NCBI GenBank assembly: GCA_963725645.1
Contig: CAVRZD010000002.1
Location: forward strand, 145,510-209,509
Length of the DNA: 64,000 nt
Direction: 5' to 3'
From: an uncultured Actinomycetes bacterium
GTDB lineage: Bacteria; Actinomycetota; Thermoleophilia; Solirubrobacterales; Solirubrobacteraceae
Below are positions 1 through 10,141 of this stretch, piece by piece; within the stretch, counting starts at the first letter, position 1, and every line of letters starts with the position of its first letter. Both the position numbers and the translations under genes were made by a program. The notes under the pieces are model-generated. The model made no database searches, was not told the DNA's origin, and saw only the letters and a list, made by a program, of their open reading frames with translations.

Positions 1-1
1 G

Positions 2-598
2 GGCGCCAACCGCGACGAGGTCGACGCTCCGGGCACGGCCTTCCCGATCAAGCAGGCCGAGCAGTTCGACCCCAACACCGGCAGGTGGACCCCGATGGCC
101 ACGGCGCACGAGGGGCGGACCTACCACAACACCGCGATCCTGCTGCCCAGCGGCCAGGTGCTGGTCGGCGGGCACTCGCCGATCTCCACCGCCTACGCCT
201 ACAACAACACCTTCCCCGGCGGGTTCTCGGACGCGTTCCGCAACCCGAGCTTCGAGATCTACAACCCGCCCTACCTGGATCCGTCCTGGGGGCCGCGGCC
301 GACGATCAACTCGGTCTCGAGCAACTTCGGGCGCGGCGCGCGCGTGACGGTGGCGACGCCGGATGCGCGGGACATCGCCTCGGTCGTGCTGGTCCGCAAC
401 ACCGCGCTGACCCATCTCGTCGACGGCGACCAGCGCACGGTCGAGCTGCCGATCTCGTCCCGATCGAACGGCAGCCTCCAGGTGGACGTCCCCGGCTCCG
501 CCGCCGTGCTCCCGCCGGGCCCGTACATGCTGTTCGTGAACAAGCGGACGGCCAAGGGCCTCGTGCCCTCGACGGCCCGCCAGCTCAGGCTCGACTGA
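2..598 (+). CDS. glyoxal/galactose oxidase-like protein, C-terminal fragment (5' end outside window)
   Basis: The frame is open from the window edge to the TGA at 596-598. The tail HEGRTYHNTAILLPSGQVLVGG...PGPYMLFVNKRTAKGLVPSTARQLRL resembles the last Kelch blade plus the Ig-like DUF1929 domain of bacterial glyoxal oxidases (recognised from memory). Confidence 0.55.
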   Translation, partial: GANRDEVDAPGTAFPIKQAEQFDPNTGRWTPMATAHEGRTYHNTAILLPSGQVLVGGHSPISTAYAYNNTFPGGFSDAFRNPSFEIYNPPYLDPSWGPRPTINSVSSNFGRGARVTVATPDARDIASVVLVRNTALTHLVDGDQRTVELPISSRSNGSLQVDVPGSAAVLPPGPYMLFVNKRTAKGLVPSTARQLRLD

Positions 599-625
599 CC
601 CTGGGCGGGCGGGCCGGCGGGCCCG

Positions 626-1219
626 CTACTTCGGCGGTGCGACCTGGCTGCAGATCTGGGACGGGTCGTCCGTGCAGACCTGGTAGAGCTTGTTCGCCTG
701 CATCTCCTGGCGTCCGTTGACGACGTACGGGATGCCGGACTGCGTGCCCGGCGCCATGTCGACGATGTAGAACGCGCCCGATCCGGTCTGCCAGCTGGGA
801 AGGTTGCCCAGCGCGGCCGCGGCGCCATCCGCGACGCCGGAAGCCTGGCCCGCCGCGTGGCCGCGCTCGAAGCCGGCCGCGGCACCCTGCTTGACGCCGA
901 GCGCCAACCCGGTGCGCCGCCCGGCTGTGGCGCCCGCCGCGCGGCCGGCGTCGAAGATCGCCCGGTAGCCGGGCGCGCCCGAACGGTACTGCGCCCGCAC
1001 CGCGGCCTCGCCCTCGGCGCGACCGTCCTTCTTCGCCTTCGAGGCGTCGGCGGCGCTGTCGCCGATGAAGTACCCGGCGACGCCGGCGCCGGCGATCAAC
1101 ACCACCACCAGAACGATCAGCCCGGCCTTCTTGCCCCCGCCGCCGTCGCCGCCGGGCTGCGGCGTGGTCGGGGGTGTCGCTGCGGGCTGAGGTGGCGGGA
1201 CGTCGGTGCCGTTGGCCAT
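626..1219 (-). CDS. hypothetical bitopic membrane protein
   Basis: Internal ATG ([10 protein letters not shown]...) is in frame with the stop at 626. It has a Pro-rich N-terminus, one TM helix ([19 protein letters not shown]) and a C-terminal extracytoplasmic domain. Codon bias looks coding. Confidence 0.5.
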   Translation of the reverse strand: MANGTDVPPPQPAATPPTTPQPGGDGGGGKKAGLIVLVVVLIAGAGVAGYFIGDSAADASKAKKDGRAEGEAAVRAQYRSGAPGYRAIFDAGRAAGATAGRRTGLALGVKQGAAAGFERGHAAGQASGVADGAAAALGNLPSWQTGSGAFYIVDMAPGTQSGIPYVVNGRQEMQANKLYQVCTDDPSQICSQVAPPK

Positions 1220-1289
1220 GGTCCGTTCTCTCCTCCGGTGTGCGCTGGCTCGGTCGCGCGGACCGTACTTGATGGTTCGGCCGCCGCCG

Positions 1290-2364
1290 TCAGGGCGCCG
1301 GTGCCGGCGGTGCGTCGCCCGCACCGGCGGGCGAGGCCGCCGAGACGGTGGCCGCCGCGATCTCCCCGGCGTCCACTCCGATCGGGTGGTGGCAGGCCGC
1401 CAGATGGCCGCCGCCGTAGTCCACCAGCGGCGGCTCGACCCGCGCGCAGACCTCGGTCGCGCGCGGGCAGCGCGGGTGGAAGCGGCACCCCGGCGGCGGG
1501 TCGATCGGGCTGGGGACGTCGCCCTCGAGCACGATGCGCTCCCGCTGCGCGTTGGCGCGCGGATCGGGGATCGGGATCGCCGACAGCAGCGCGTTCGTGT
1601 ACGGGTGGATCGGCCCTGGCGTACAGCGCCGGCGCCGGCGCCAGCTCCACGAGCTTGCCCAGGTACATGACGGCGACCCGGTCGGAGACGTGGCGCACGA
1701 CCCCGAGGTCGTGGGCGACGAACAGGTAGGTGAGCCCGAGGTCACGCTGGAGGTCGTCGAGCAGGTTGATCATCTGCGCCTGGATCGAGACGTCGAGCGC
1801 GGACACCGGTTCGTCGGCCACGATCAGCCGCGGCTCGAGGGCGAGCGCACGCGCCAGGCCGATGCGCTGGCGCTGGCCGCCGGAGAACTCGTGCGGGTAA
1901 CGGTTGTAGTGCTCGGGATTTAGGCCGACGCGCGCGAGCAGCTCCTGCACCCGCCGGGCGATCTCCTCCCGGCCGCGCGCGTCGCCGAGCGCTCGGATCG
2001 GGTCGCCGACGATCTGCCCGACGCGGCGGCGCGGGTTCAGCGAGGCGTAGGGATCCTGGAAGACCATCTGCATCTCGCGGCGCAGCGGGCGCAGCTCGCG
2101 CCGGCCGAGGTGCGTGATGTCCCGCCCGTCGAAGCGCACGGTCCCGCCCGTCGGCTCGATCAGCCGGAGCAGGCAGCGCGACAGCGTGGTCTTGCCGCAG
2201 CCCGACTCGCCGACGAGCCCGAGCGTTTCGCCCGGCGCGATCGCGAGGGTCACGTCGTCCACGGCCCGGACGCGCGCCACCTCGCGGTCGAACAGCACGC
2301 CGTCCTTGATCGGGAAGTGCTGCTCGAGGTGCTCGGCCGCGACCAGCGGCGGCGCGGCGCTCAC
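1290..2364 (-). pseudogene. Dpp/Opp-type peptide ABC transporter ATP-binding protein (DppF/OppF-like), reading frame broken near 1615
   Basis: The GTG at 2364 overlaps the upstream stop (GTGA). Walker A is GESGCGKTT, the signature is FSGGQRQR, and Walker B is LIVADEP. The C-terminal oligopeptide domain ([14 protein letters not shown]...[11 protein letters not shown]) continues in another frame (ORF 1290..1745). Length mod 3 = 1. Confidence 0.85.
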
Positions 2365-3402
2365 CGGAGGCCCTCCGGGACCGTCGCCAACCCGATCTGG
2401 CCGTCGACCTCGCGCCGCGAGCGCTTGGCCTCGACGTCGAGCCAGCAGCGGTCGAGGTGCGCCGGGCCGACGCGCGCCTCCAGCGCCGGCAGCTCCGTGC
2501 AGCGGTCGAACGCGTGCGGGCAGCGGGGGCGAAACGCGCAGCCCTCGGGCCGGTGCGATCAGCGACGGCGGCGCGCCGGCGATCGAGGGCAGACGCCCGC
2601 CGGCCGGCCGGTCCAGGCGCGGAATCGACCCGAGCAGGCCCCACGTGTACGGGTGCTGCGGGTCGTAGAAGATCTCGTCGCGCGCGCCCGCCTCGACGAG
2701 CATCCCCGCGTACATCACGAGCACGCGGTCGGCGATCTCCGCCACCACGCCGAGGTCGTGGGTGATCAGGACCACCGAGCCCAGCTCGTCGCGCAGGTCG
2801 TCGAGGAGCGCGATGATCTGCGCCTGGATCGTGACGTCGAGCGCGGTCGTCGGCTCGTCGGCGATCAGGATGCGCGGGCGGTTCGCCAGCGCCATGGCGA
2901 TCATCGCGCGCTGGCGCATGCCGCCGGAGAACTCGTGCGGGTAGGAATCCACGCGCTCCACCGGGTTGGGGATCCCGACCTCGGCCAGCAGCTCGATCGC
3001 GCGATCGCGGGCCTGCGCCGGCGTGACGTCCTCGTGCGCGCGGATCTGCTCGGCGATCTGCCAGCCGACCCGGTAGACCGGATGCAGCGACGTCATCGGG
3101 TCCTGGAAGACCATCGCGATCTCCTGGCCGCGGATCCCGCGCAGCGTCTCCTCCGGCGCGCGCACCAGCTCGGTGTCGCCGTAGTGGATCGAGCCGGAGA
3201 ACTCGGCGTTGGGCGAGCGCGTGAGCCCGAGGATCGTCTGCGCGGTCACCGACTTGCCGCTGCCCGACTCGCCCACGATGGCGAGGACCTCGCCGGCCCG
3301 CAGCTCGAACGACACGCCGTCGACGGCGCGCACCACGCCGTCCTCGGTCGTGAAGGCGACCCCGAGGTCCGCGACGCTCAGCAGGGTCTCGGAGTCAGGC
3401 AT
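2361..3402 (-). pseudogene. Dpp/Opp-type peptide ABC transporter ATP-binding protein (DppD/OppD-like), reading frame broken near 2550
   Basis: Walker A is GESGSGKS, the signature is FSGGMRQR, and Walker B is ILIADEP. After PSLIAP the conserved [17 protein letters not shown] tail is only readable in a shifted frame, ending at TGA 2361-2363. Confidence 0.85.
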
Positions 3403-4356
3403 TGAGCCGGATCCGCGGGTCGAGGTAGGCGTAGGCGATGTCGCACAGCGCCGAGAGCACGACGATGAAGCCGGCCGCGTACAGCGTCGTGCCCATCACC
3501 GGCGGGAGATCGAGGGAGCCCACCGACTGGGCGGCGTACTGTCCCACGCCCTGGAGGCTGAAGATCGACTCGGTCAGGATCGCGCCGCCGCCGATCGCCG
3601 CGCCGAAGTCCAGCCCGAACAGCGTCACGACGGGAATCAGGGCGTTGCGCAGCACGTGGCGGACGAGCACGCGGCGCTCCGACAGGCCCTTGGCGCGGGC
3701 CGTGCGCACGTAGTCCTCGTTGATCGTGTCGAGGATGTTCGACCGCAGCAGCCGCGAGTAGAAGCCGATGAAGAGGATCGAGAGGGTGAACCAGGGCAGG
3801 ATCAGATGGGTGAACCAGCCCCACGGATCCTCCGTCAGCTTCACGTAGCCGCCGGGCGGGAACAGCTGGATTCGATCGGTCAGGTAGTAGAGCAGCAGCG
3901 CCCCGACCCAGAACACGGGCAGGGAGATGCCGATCATCGACGAGCACCGTCAGCACGCGGTCCGGCCAGCGGGTCGCGTAGACCGCGCTGAGGACGCCGA
4001 AGAGCACGCCGAAGAACATCCAGATGACGGCGGCGCCGATGACCAGCGACGCGGTGGCGCGGGATGCCGCGAACGATCTCGTCGCGCACGTTGGTCTGGT
4101 TGGAGTAGGAGATCAGGCTGCCGTCGGCGATCTTCCCCATGAGCCGGGAGTACTGGACGTAGATGGGCCTGTCGAAGCCGTAGTCCCTCCTGACCTGCGC
4201 GCGCGTCGCCTCGTTGGCGCTGCGGCCCGCGATCCGCTGCACCTGCGCCGTCGTGTTCGTGCCGGGGAAGACGTAGAAGATCAGGAACGTGACGATCGAG
4301 ATCGCGACCAGGACGAACGCCATGTTGATCAGCCGCCGGACGGCGAAGCGCAGCAT
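3395..4356 (-). pseudogene. Dpp/Opp-type ABC permease (DppB-like), two frame breaks (about 4057 and 3940)
   Basis: The protein is spread over three frames: MLRFAVRRLINMAFVL...EIVRGIP, then ATASLVIGAAVIWMFFGVLFGVLSAVYATRWPDRVLTVLV, then IGISLPVFWVGALLLYYL...EDYVRTARAKGLSERRV (EAA-type loop). The ATG at 4356 overlaps the upstream TGA. Confidence 0.85.
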
Positions 4357-5415
4357 CAGGCCGTCTCCCGGCGCCGCACCTTCGCCCGCGGGTCGAGCGC
4401 GTCGCGCAGGCCGTCGCCGAACACGTTGAGCGAGAGCACGGTCAGCGTGATCGCCAGGCCCGGCACGATCGTCAGATGGGGCGCGGTCGAGCAGGAGGTT
4501 GACGCCCTCGCCGATCATGTTCCCCCACGACGGCGTCGGGAGCTGGACGCCGGCGCCGAGGAACGAGAGCGCCGCCTCGGTCAGGATGTTGTTGGCCACG
4601 ATCAGCGTGCCGAACACGAGGATCGTGGAGGCGAGGTTGGGCAGGAGCTCGCCGAACATGATCCGCAGCGGGCCCTTGCCCTGCGCCGACGGCCGCCTCG
4701 ACGAAGTCCTTCTCCCGCAGCGAGAGCACCTGCCCGCGCACCGGGCGGCCGAGGTAGGGGATGAAGATGATCCCGATCACCAGCGTGGGGATCCACAGCG
4801 AGCCGCCCTCGATGTCGATCGGCCCGAGGTGCAGGCCGCCGATCGCGAGCGCGGTGCCCAGCGCGATGCCGAGCAGGAGGACGGGGAAGGACCAGATGAC
4901 GTCGAAGGTCGTGCGCACGACGACGTCGGTGCGCCCGCGGAAGTAGCCGCCGGCGAGGCCGAGGATCACCGCGATCACCGTGGTGATGAGGGCCGAGCCG
5001 AAGCCGACGAGCAGCGAGTTGCGCCCGCCGTAGAGCAGGCGCACCATCTCGTCGCGACCGTTCTTGTCGGCGCCCAGCAGGTAGCGCCGGCTGAACCCGG
5101 GCCCACCGGCTTGGTCTCCGGCGGCGGGGTGACGACGTAGAGGCGCTTTCCGCCGCGCTCGAACGTCCCGGTCAGGTTGTTGTCGTTGGGCCCGACGTGG
5201 GCGACCTGATCGGCCCACAGCGGCGCCGCGAGGCAGCAGGCGACGATCGCGACGAACACCGCCAGTGAGGCCATCGCCACCCGGTTGCGGCGCAGGCGCC
5301 GCCAGGTCGCGCGCCAGGGCCCGCTTGCCTGGATCGGCCGGCCCTCGGTCGCCGCCACGCCGGGGACGGCGGGGCTGGGCTCGAACGCGAACTCGGCTGA
5401 GGGCTCCCGGGCCAA
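4356..5415 (-). pseudogene. Dpp/Opp-type ABC permease (DppC-like), three frame breaks (about 5097, 4690, 4485)
   Basis: The N-terminus runs MAREPSAEF...TKPVGPG. The core is FSRRYLLGADKNGRDEMVRLLYGGRNSL...REKDFVEAA. It then continues QGKGPLRIMFGELLPNLAST...[10 protein letters not shown], and the tail is [35 protein letters not shown]. Each segment lies in a different frame. Confidence 0.85.
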
Positions 5416-5431
5416 GGGCTTCAGCCCCGCG

Positions 5432-7081
5432 CTACTTCAGGCAGAAACGTCCCCAGTCGTGCGTCGCCAGCGGCCAGTCGTCGCCCTTGCAGTTCTGGAA
5501 GTCCATCCGGTCAGAGAAGAACGTGCTCTGCTTGCGGGTGCCGTAGATGCCCCAGTAGGCCTGCTGCTGGGCGTAGCGGTCCAGCTGCGCCCACTCCTTC
5601 TCGGTCTGCGACGTCAGCGGCTTGGCGGCGACCGCGTTGATGCGGCTGGCGTAGGCCGTGTTGGAGGCGTTGTAGGAGTAGTTGTTGTTGCCCGTGGCGA
5701 CGACCTTGGACGGGTTGAGCAGGACGTCGATGAAGTCCGCGGGGTGCGGGTAGTCCTCGAACCAGTCCGCGAAGCCCGTCTGGGCCTTCAGCGAGCGGTC
5801 GCCGACCGTCGTGAAGTAGGTGTCGGCCGCAATCGTCTTGAGCTTGGCGTTGAGGCCGATCTTGTTGAGCAGGTCGGTGTAGTAGGCCATCGTCTGCGGC
5901 GTGGGGTCCTTGTCGTCGCCCCAAACGGTGACCTTTGCGCCCTGCGCGCCCGCCTGGGCGATCAGCTGCCGGGCCTTCTGCAGGTTCGGGCCGGGGTAGA
6001 GGTTCGGGCTCGGCTCGTAGCCGGGGATCTGCGGGGGCAGGATCCCGTGCGTCTTGGAGAGGAATCCCGCCTGGGTCCGGTTCAGCGCGTCGAAGTCCAG
6101 CGCCCAGTTGACGGCCTGGCGAACCGCCAGCTTGTCGAACGGCGGCGCCTCGGTGTTCATGAACATGTAGAAGGTCGAGGTCGTCGCGAACTCGCGGTAG
6201 CGCTTGCCGGTGTATTTCGCGCGGATCTCCCCGGCGCGGTCGGCCGTCGGGTTGTCGATCATGAAGTCGGCCTGGTTGTTGGCGATCTGCGTGACCTGGG
6301 CGGAGATGTTCCCGACGATCTTCACGTTGATGCCGCTGACCTTGCCGACGTCGACGACGGTGCCCTTCAGCGCCGGCGAGAAGTGCGGGTTCTTGACGAG
6401 CTGGTAGCTGCGGCCCTGGGCGACGTTCTTGATCACGTAGCGCCCCGCGCCGGGCGGCGGATGCTGCGTCTGGTTCTTGCTCGGCGTGCTCGCCGGCACC
6501 ACGCCGGCGAACGGGATCCCCAGTTCATAGGTGAACGCGCCGCGCGGTGCGACCAGGTAGATCGTGATGTCGCCGGTCGCGTCGTTGACGACGATCCCGC
6601 TGATCCCGCCCTTCTTGGTCTTGCCGAACTGCTCGGCGCCGACGATGTTCGTGTAGCCGAGGCCGACGCCCTGGGAATCGGTCGCGATCACGCGCTCGAT
6701 CGAGTGCTTGAAGTCGGACGCCTTGATCGGCGTGCCGTCGGAGAAGGTGAGGTTCTTGCGCAGCCGGAGCTGGTAGGTCTTCCCGCCGTCGGAGATGCGG
6801 GGCAGGGCCTCGGCGAGCGCCGGCTGCACCTTCGACCCGGCGGCGCCGGGCGCGTGCACGAAGCCGACGAGACCCGGATAGACCTGCGCGAGCGGCTCCC
6901 AGCCGTCGACGGTGTAGGAGAGCGCCGGGTCCAGGTAGTCGGGGAAGTTCGTCTGGAGGATCGTGATGCTGCCGCCGGTGCGACCGGTGCTGGACGACCC
7001 GCAGGCGCCCAGGAGGGCCGAGAGCAGCAGTGCGGCGGCGGCCGCGGCGGCCAGGCGGGCCACGATCCCTCGTCTCGTCAT
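5432..7081 (-). CDS. ABC transporter substrate-binding lipoprotein, family 5 (DppA/OppA-like)
   Basis: Intact 549-aa ORF. It has a signal peptide with a lipobox (LLSALLGAC) and typical SBP_bac_5 features (YTVDGWEPL, LTFSDGTPI, FYMFMNT). It sits upstream of the permease/ATPase genes on the same strand. Confidence 0.9.
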   Translation of the reverse strand: MTRRGIVARLAAAAAAALLLSALLGACGSSSTGRTGGSITILQTNFPDYLDPALSYTVDGWEPLAQVYPGLVGFVHAPGAAGSKVQPALAEALPRISDGGKTYQLRLRKNLTFSDGTPIKASDFKHSIERVIATDSQGVGLGYTNIVGAEQFGKTKKGGISGIVVNDATGDITIYLVAPRGAFTYELGIPFAGVVPASTPSKNQTQHPPPGAGRYVIKNVAQGRSYQLVKNPHFSPALKGTVVDVGKVSGINVKIVGNISAQVTQIANNQADFMIDNPTADRAGEIRAKYTGKRYREFATTSTFYMFMNTEAPPFDKLAVRQAVNWALDFDALNRTQAGFLSKTHGILPPQIPGYEPSPNLYPGPNLQKARQLIAQAGAQGAKVTVWGDDKDPTPQTMAYYTDLLNKIGLNAKLKTIAADTYFTTVGDRSLKAQTGFADWFEDYPHPADFIDVLLNPSKVVATGNNNYSYNASNTAYASRINAVAAKPLTSQTEKEWAQLDRYAQQQAYWGIYGTRKQSTFFSDRMDFQNCKGDDWPLATHDWGRFCLK

Positions 7082-7186
7082 GACGTCCTCTCTCGCGAGC
7101 TCGTCTGAGCACTGTAATTCCCGCTCACGGTGCGTTTCCCTGCCCTGCGCGGGATGTGGAGGTTCCGCGCGTACAATCGCCCCCGA

Positions 7187-7226
7187 GCCCCGATAGCTCA
7201 GTCGGATAGAGCGACTCCCTCCTAAG
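7187..7226 (+). pseudogene. tRNA-Arg(CCT) 5'-half fragment (acceptor 5' strand through anticodon loop)
   Basis: 39 of 40 nt are identical to positions 1-40 of the intact tRNA-Arg at 10065-10138. The sequence diverges right after CTCCTAAG. No 3' anticodon stem, T-arm or acceptor 3' strand follows. Confidence 0.8.
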
Positions 7227-7265
7227 AATCGGAGGCTCGTGCTTGGTCGTACGTCCCCACCATGA

Positions 7266-7904
7266 TTGGAAAGGACTCAACAACTGCTCTCGAACCCTGA
7301 AGGCGCAGGTCGTACAGGCGCATCGGACGACGGCGGTTCCGCTGTCTTCACATTCCGGGCACGACCAGGCCAAGAAGTGGCCCTCGCGCAATGGGCGCGC
7401 CGCATCGTGAGCGCCGCCCGCCAATACGAGGGGAACATCGCCGCCACCGTCATCGGCCCGGACCAGAGCGGGGAGTACCGCGTCGTGCACCACTTTCGTG
7501 ACCAGGCGACCTTGGAGTCGTGGCTTTCCTCTCCTCAACGAGCCGTACTGCTCCAAGAGGCAGGATCCCTCCTCGAAGCACCGCCGGCTGTGGAGCGGAC
7601 GGGGCTGGAGACCTGGTTTCGCCTGCCCTCGGATGGCCGAGTCATCGTGGCGCCCCCGCGATGGAAGATGTGGTTGACCTCCGTGCTCGCCATCTATCCC
7701 CTCGTTCTCGCCTTTATGGCGTGGGTAAACCCCCACATCACGGGATGGCCGCTTGTCGTCAGGGCGGCGGTCCTCCCACTCGTGCTGCTATCGCTCATGA
7801 CGTATCTGGTGATGCCAAACGTCACCCGTCTGCTCCGCCCTTGGCTAGCCGGAAGGCACCAGCAGCGGCCGGATTCCCCATCGTCGATCAGCAATCCTCG
7901 CTGA
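7266..7904 (+). CDS. ABM (antibiotic biosynthesis monooxygenase-like) domain protein with C-terminal membrane helices
   Basis: 212-aa ORF with a TTG start. The N-terminal region (FTFRARPGQEVALAQWARRI...HFRDQATLESWLSS) is ferredoxin-like/ABM-type. Two or three TM helices follow (WLTSVLAIYPLVLAFMAW, VVRAAVLPLVLLSLMTYLV). Confidence 0.6.
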   Translation: MERTQQLLSNPEGAGRTGASDDGGSAVFTFRARPGQEVALAQWARRIVSAARQYEGNIAATVIGPDQSGEYRVVHHFRDQATLESWLSSPQRAVLLQEAGSLLEAPPAVERTGLETWFRLPSDGRVIVAPPRWKMWLTSVLAIYPLVLAFMAWVNPHITGWPLVVRAAVLPLVLLSLMTYLVMPNVTRLLRPWLAGRHQQRPDSPSSISNPR

Positions 7905-7987
7905 GGAATCCGGCGTTACGCTGGACGCCGTGGTCAGAGCTTGCCGAGATGCCTGAAACGACCTCTCAGCGGGCAATGTAGGGTTGG

Positions 7988-8800
7988 ATGAGCATGGCTC
8001 GAGCTCTGCGGTCCCCCGTCGCCGGCGCCGCGGTAGACGCCTACGACCGACACGTCGGCCGTTACGGTGTCGAGCTCGCCCGGGAAATGGTCCGGGTGAC
8101 CGGCGTCCGGGCGGGCCAGCGGGCGCTGGACGTGGGCTGCGGGACGGGTGCGCTGACGGTCATGCTGGCGGAGGTTCTCGGGGCGGGGAACGTCGCCGCG
8201 ATCGATCCCTCCGAGCGCTTCGTCGCGGCTTGCCGCGACCGTGCACCGGGTGCCGATCTGCGTGTGGGGATCGGGGAGGAGCTTCCCTGGAGCGACGCCG
8301 AGTTCGACGCCGTGCTCGCGCAGCTCGTCGTGTACGGCATGAACGACGCCCGCCGCGGTGCGGCGGAGATGCGGCGTGTTGCGCGGCCAGGCGGCGCAGT
8401 CTCGGCGTGCATCTGGGACTTCGAGGGGGGCATGCCTCTCCTGCGGGCGGTCTGGGATTCCGCCCTCGACGTCGACGCGGAGCTCGCCCGTTCGTTCGGG
8501 GCCGACAAGCCCGACCCGTTCTCGCGCCCGCATGAGCTCGAGGAGCTCTGGTGCACCACTGGGTTTGAGGGGGTCGAGCTCGGCCAGGTCGACGCCGGTG
8601 CCGACTACGCGGACTTCGATGACCTCTGGTACCCGTTCGCGAACGGCGTCGGCAATCTCGGTCGCTTCCACGAGGCGCTCGATGAGGCGGGGCGCAAGCG
8701 CTTCAAGCACGGCGCGGCCGAGCGGCTCGGAGCGCCGTCCGGTCCATTCCGCCTAACAGCGAGGGCCTGGTACGCGCGCGGTACCGTCCCGGCCGGATAG
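7988..8800 (+). CDS. class I SAM-dependent methyltransferase
   Basis: Motif I is LDVGCGTGAL. Post-I is AAIDPS. The Methyltransf_11-like core reads FDAVLAQLVVYGMNDARRGAAEMRRVARPGG. Confidence 0.8.
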   Translation: MSMARALRSPVAGAAVDAYDRHVGRYGVELAREMVRVTGVRAGQRALDVGCGTGALTVMLAEVLGAGNVAAIDPSERFVAACRDRAPGADLRVGIGEELPWSDAEFDAVLAQLVVYGMNDARRGAAEMRRVARPGGAVSACIWDFEGGMPLLRAVWDSALDVDAELARSFGADKPDPFSRPHELEELWCTTGFEGVELGQVDAGADYADFDDLWYPFANGVGNLGRFHEALDEAGRKRFKHGAAERLGAPSGPFRLTARAWYARGTVPAG

Positions 8801-9019
8801 CGGCGCCCGGCTGCTCCTCCGCGCGACGAAGGGCAGCGACGGCTCCGAGATCACGCGGAGGCAGCAGCGCCCGCAACTCGCCTTGCGGACGGCCGATCAG
8901 GGGGATGACCTGAACGTCGGCGACAACGTCTTTCACCTCAACCACAACATCGCGCCCAGCGGACGCTGAAAAGCGATGAATTTGGCTGCGGATCGCGGTC
9001 TCAGCCCGTAACCAATCGA

Positions 9020-9793
9020 TTGGGAGTGGAGATGGGCGAACTGAATCAGGTGGCCGACGGCGTCTGGGTCCGGCAGAGCGAGTGGGTCTGGACCAATTCC
9101 ATCGTCGTGCGCGGCGAGGATGGGTTGATCCTGATCGATCCCGGCATCGACGGTTCCGAGCTGAACGAGCTCGCGGATGACCTGGACCGGCTCGGCATTC
9201 CGGTGGTTGCGGGGTTCTCCACCCATCCCCACTGGGACCACCTGCTCTGGCATCCCCGGTTCGGCGACGTGCCGCGCTACGCCACCGCCGCCGCCGTCCA
9301 CGTTGCCGGTCAGACCCGAGAGCAGCAGCAGGCGGGGGCGGAGGAGGAGGGCGGGTCGGGCATCCCTCTCGACCTGGTCGCGCTCGTCACCCCGCTGCCC
9401 CCTAACAGCGGAGCGGTGCCGGGCGAGATCATCGAGCATCAGGCGCACGCTGTCGGCCACGCCGCGGTCCTCCTCGCGGACCGTGGCGTCCTGCTCGCCG
9501 GCGACATGCTCTCCGACATCCTGATCCCGATGTTCGACTCTCGCCAAGACGATCAGCTCGGCGCCTACGAGACGGCACTCGCCCGGCTGGGCGAGGCCGC
9601 CGGCCACGTCGATGTCGTGGTCCCCGGCCACGGTGCCATCGCCGAGGGTCCCGAGGTGGCGGCCCGCCTCGCCGCCGATCATGCCTACATCGACGCGCTG
9701 CGGCGAGGAGAGGAACCGGTCGACGCGCGTCTGGGTGCGGATTGGGTCTCCGGCCTCCACCGGTCGAACCTGGAGCAGGCCCGAGGGCGGTAG
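9020..9793 (+). CDS. MBL-fold metallo-hydrolase
   Basis: HxHxDH motif (STHPHWDHLLWH). Downstream metal ligands are HAVGH, LAGD and VVPGHG. Confidence 0.8.
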   Translation: MGVEMGELNQVADGVWVRQSEWVWTNSIVVRGEDGLILIDPGIDGSELNELADDLDRLGIPVVAGFSTHPHWDHLLWHPRFGDVPRYATAAAVHVAGQTREQQQAGAEEEGGSGIPLDLVALVTPLPPNSGAVPGEIIEHQAHAVGHAAVLLADRGVLLAGDMLSDILIPMFDSRQDDQLGAYETALARLGEAAGHVDVVVPGHGAIAEGPEVAARLAADHAYIDALRRGEEPVDARLGADWVSGLHRSNLEQARGR

Positions 9794-10064
9794 CGGACGA
9801 GAAGGAGAAGCCAAGCGGTTCGGCGGAACCGCTCCTCCCTTGCGCGAAGAACAGAAGCCGTGGCCGCTGGGGCAGCGAACTGGATAGCCCCTCTAGTTCA
9901 ATCGCATCCCGCCCTCACCCGTTGTCGCCCATTCGTACTGGTTTCTCCGGCGGTACGATCGTCGCAGGCTCAACGATGGCGCACCGCAAAACCTGTTCCA
10001 TGGAGGTTCCATTCGCGCCCCGATCGCATGGTCGATTTTGCAAAGCGCCTGCAGTTGAGTGCAA

Positions 10065-10138
<74 letters not shown>

Positions 10139-10141
10139 TCC

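Noticed and set aside
1117-3402. 761-aa ORF that looks like a naturally fused double-ATPase ABC protein
   Set aside because: The linker and tail are Arg/Pro/Ala-rich nonsense. The conserved OppD and OppF C-terminal Cys motifs are readable in other frames, and a GTGA stop/start junction exists at 2361-2364. It is two frameshifted genes read through.
5285-7108. Long antisense or off-frame ORFs, for example 5285..7108(+), 17086..20442(-), 40886..43273(+), 57174..59390(+) and 61383..63233(+)
   Set aside because: They lie opposite or out of frame to genes with clear motifs. Their translations are Arg/Ala/Gly/Pro-rich low-complexity sequence typical of stop-poor frames in GC-rich DNA.
7187-7262. 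A possible second complete tRNA-Arg gene
   Set aside because: After the anticodon loop the sequence (AATCGGAGG...) cannot pair with ACTCC. No T-arm (GTTCGAAT) or TCGGGGC acceptor strand follows. Only the 5' 40 nt are tRNA-like.
8703-8945. 80-codon minus-strand ORF between the methyltransferase and MBL genes
   Set aside because: It has no recognisable motif and partly overlaps the methyltransferase 3' end. The second half is Arg/Ala-rich filler. It could be a gene remnant, but this is unsupported.
9794-10064. Non-coding 270 nt upstream of tRNA-Arg as a possible sRNA or integrase remnant
   Set aside because: Apart from one terminator-like hairpin (GCGGTTC-GGCG-GAACCGC, about 9815-9835), I could not recognise any conserved RNA or protein-coding remnant by eye.
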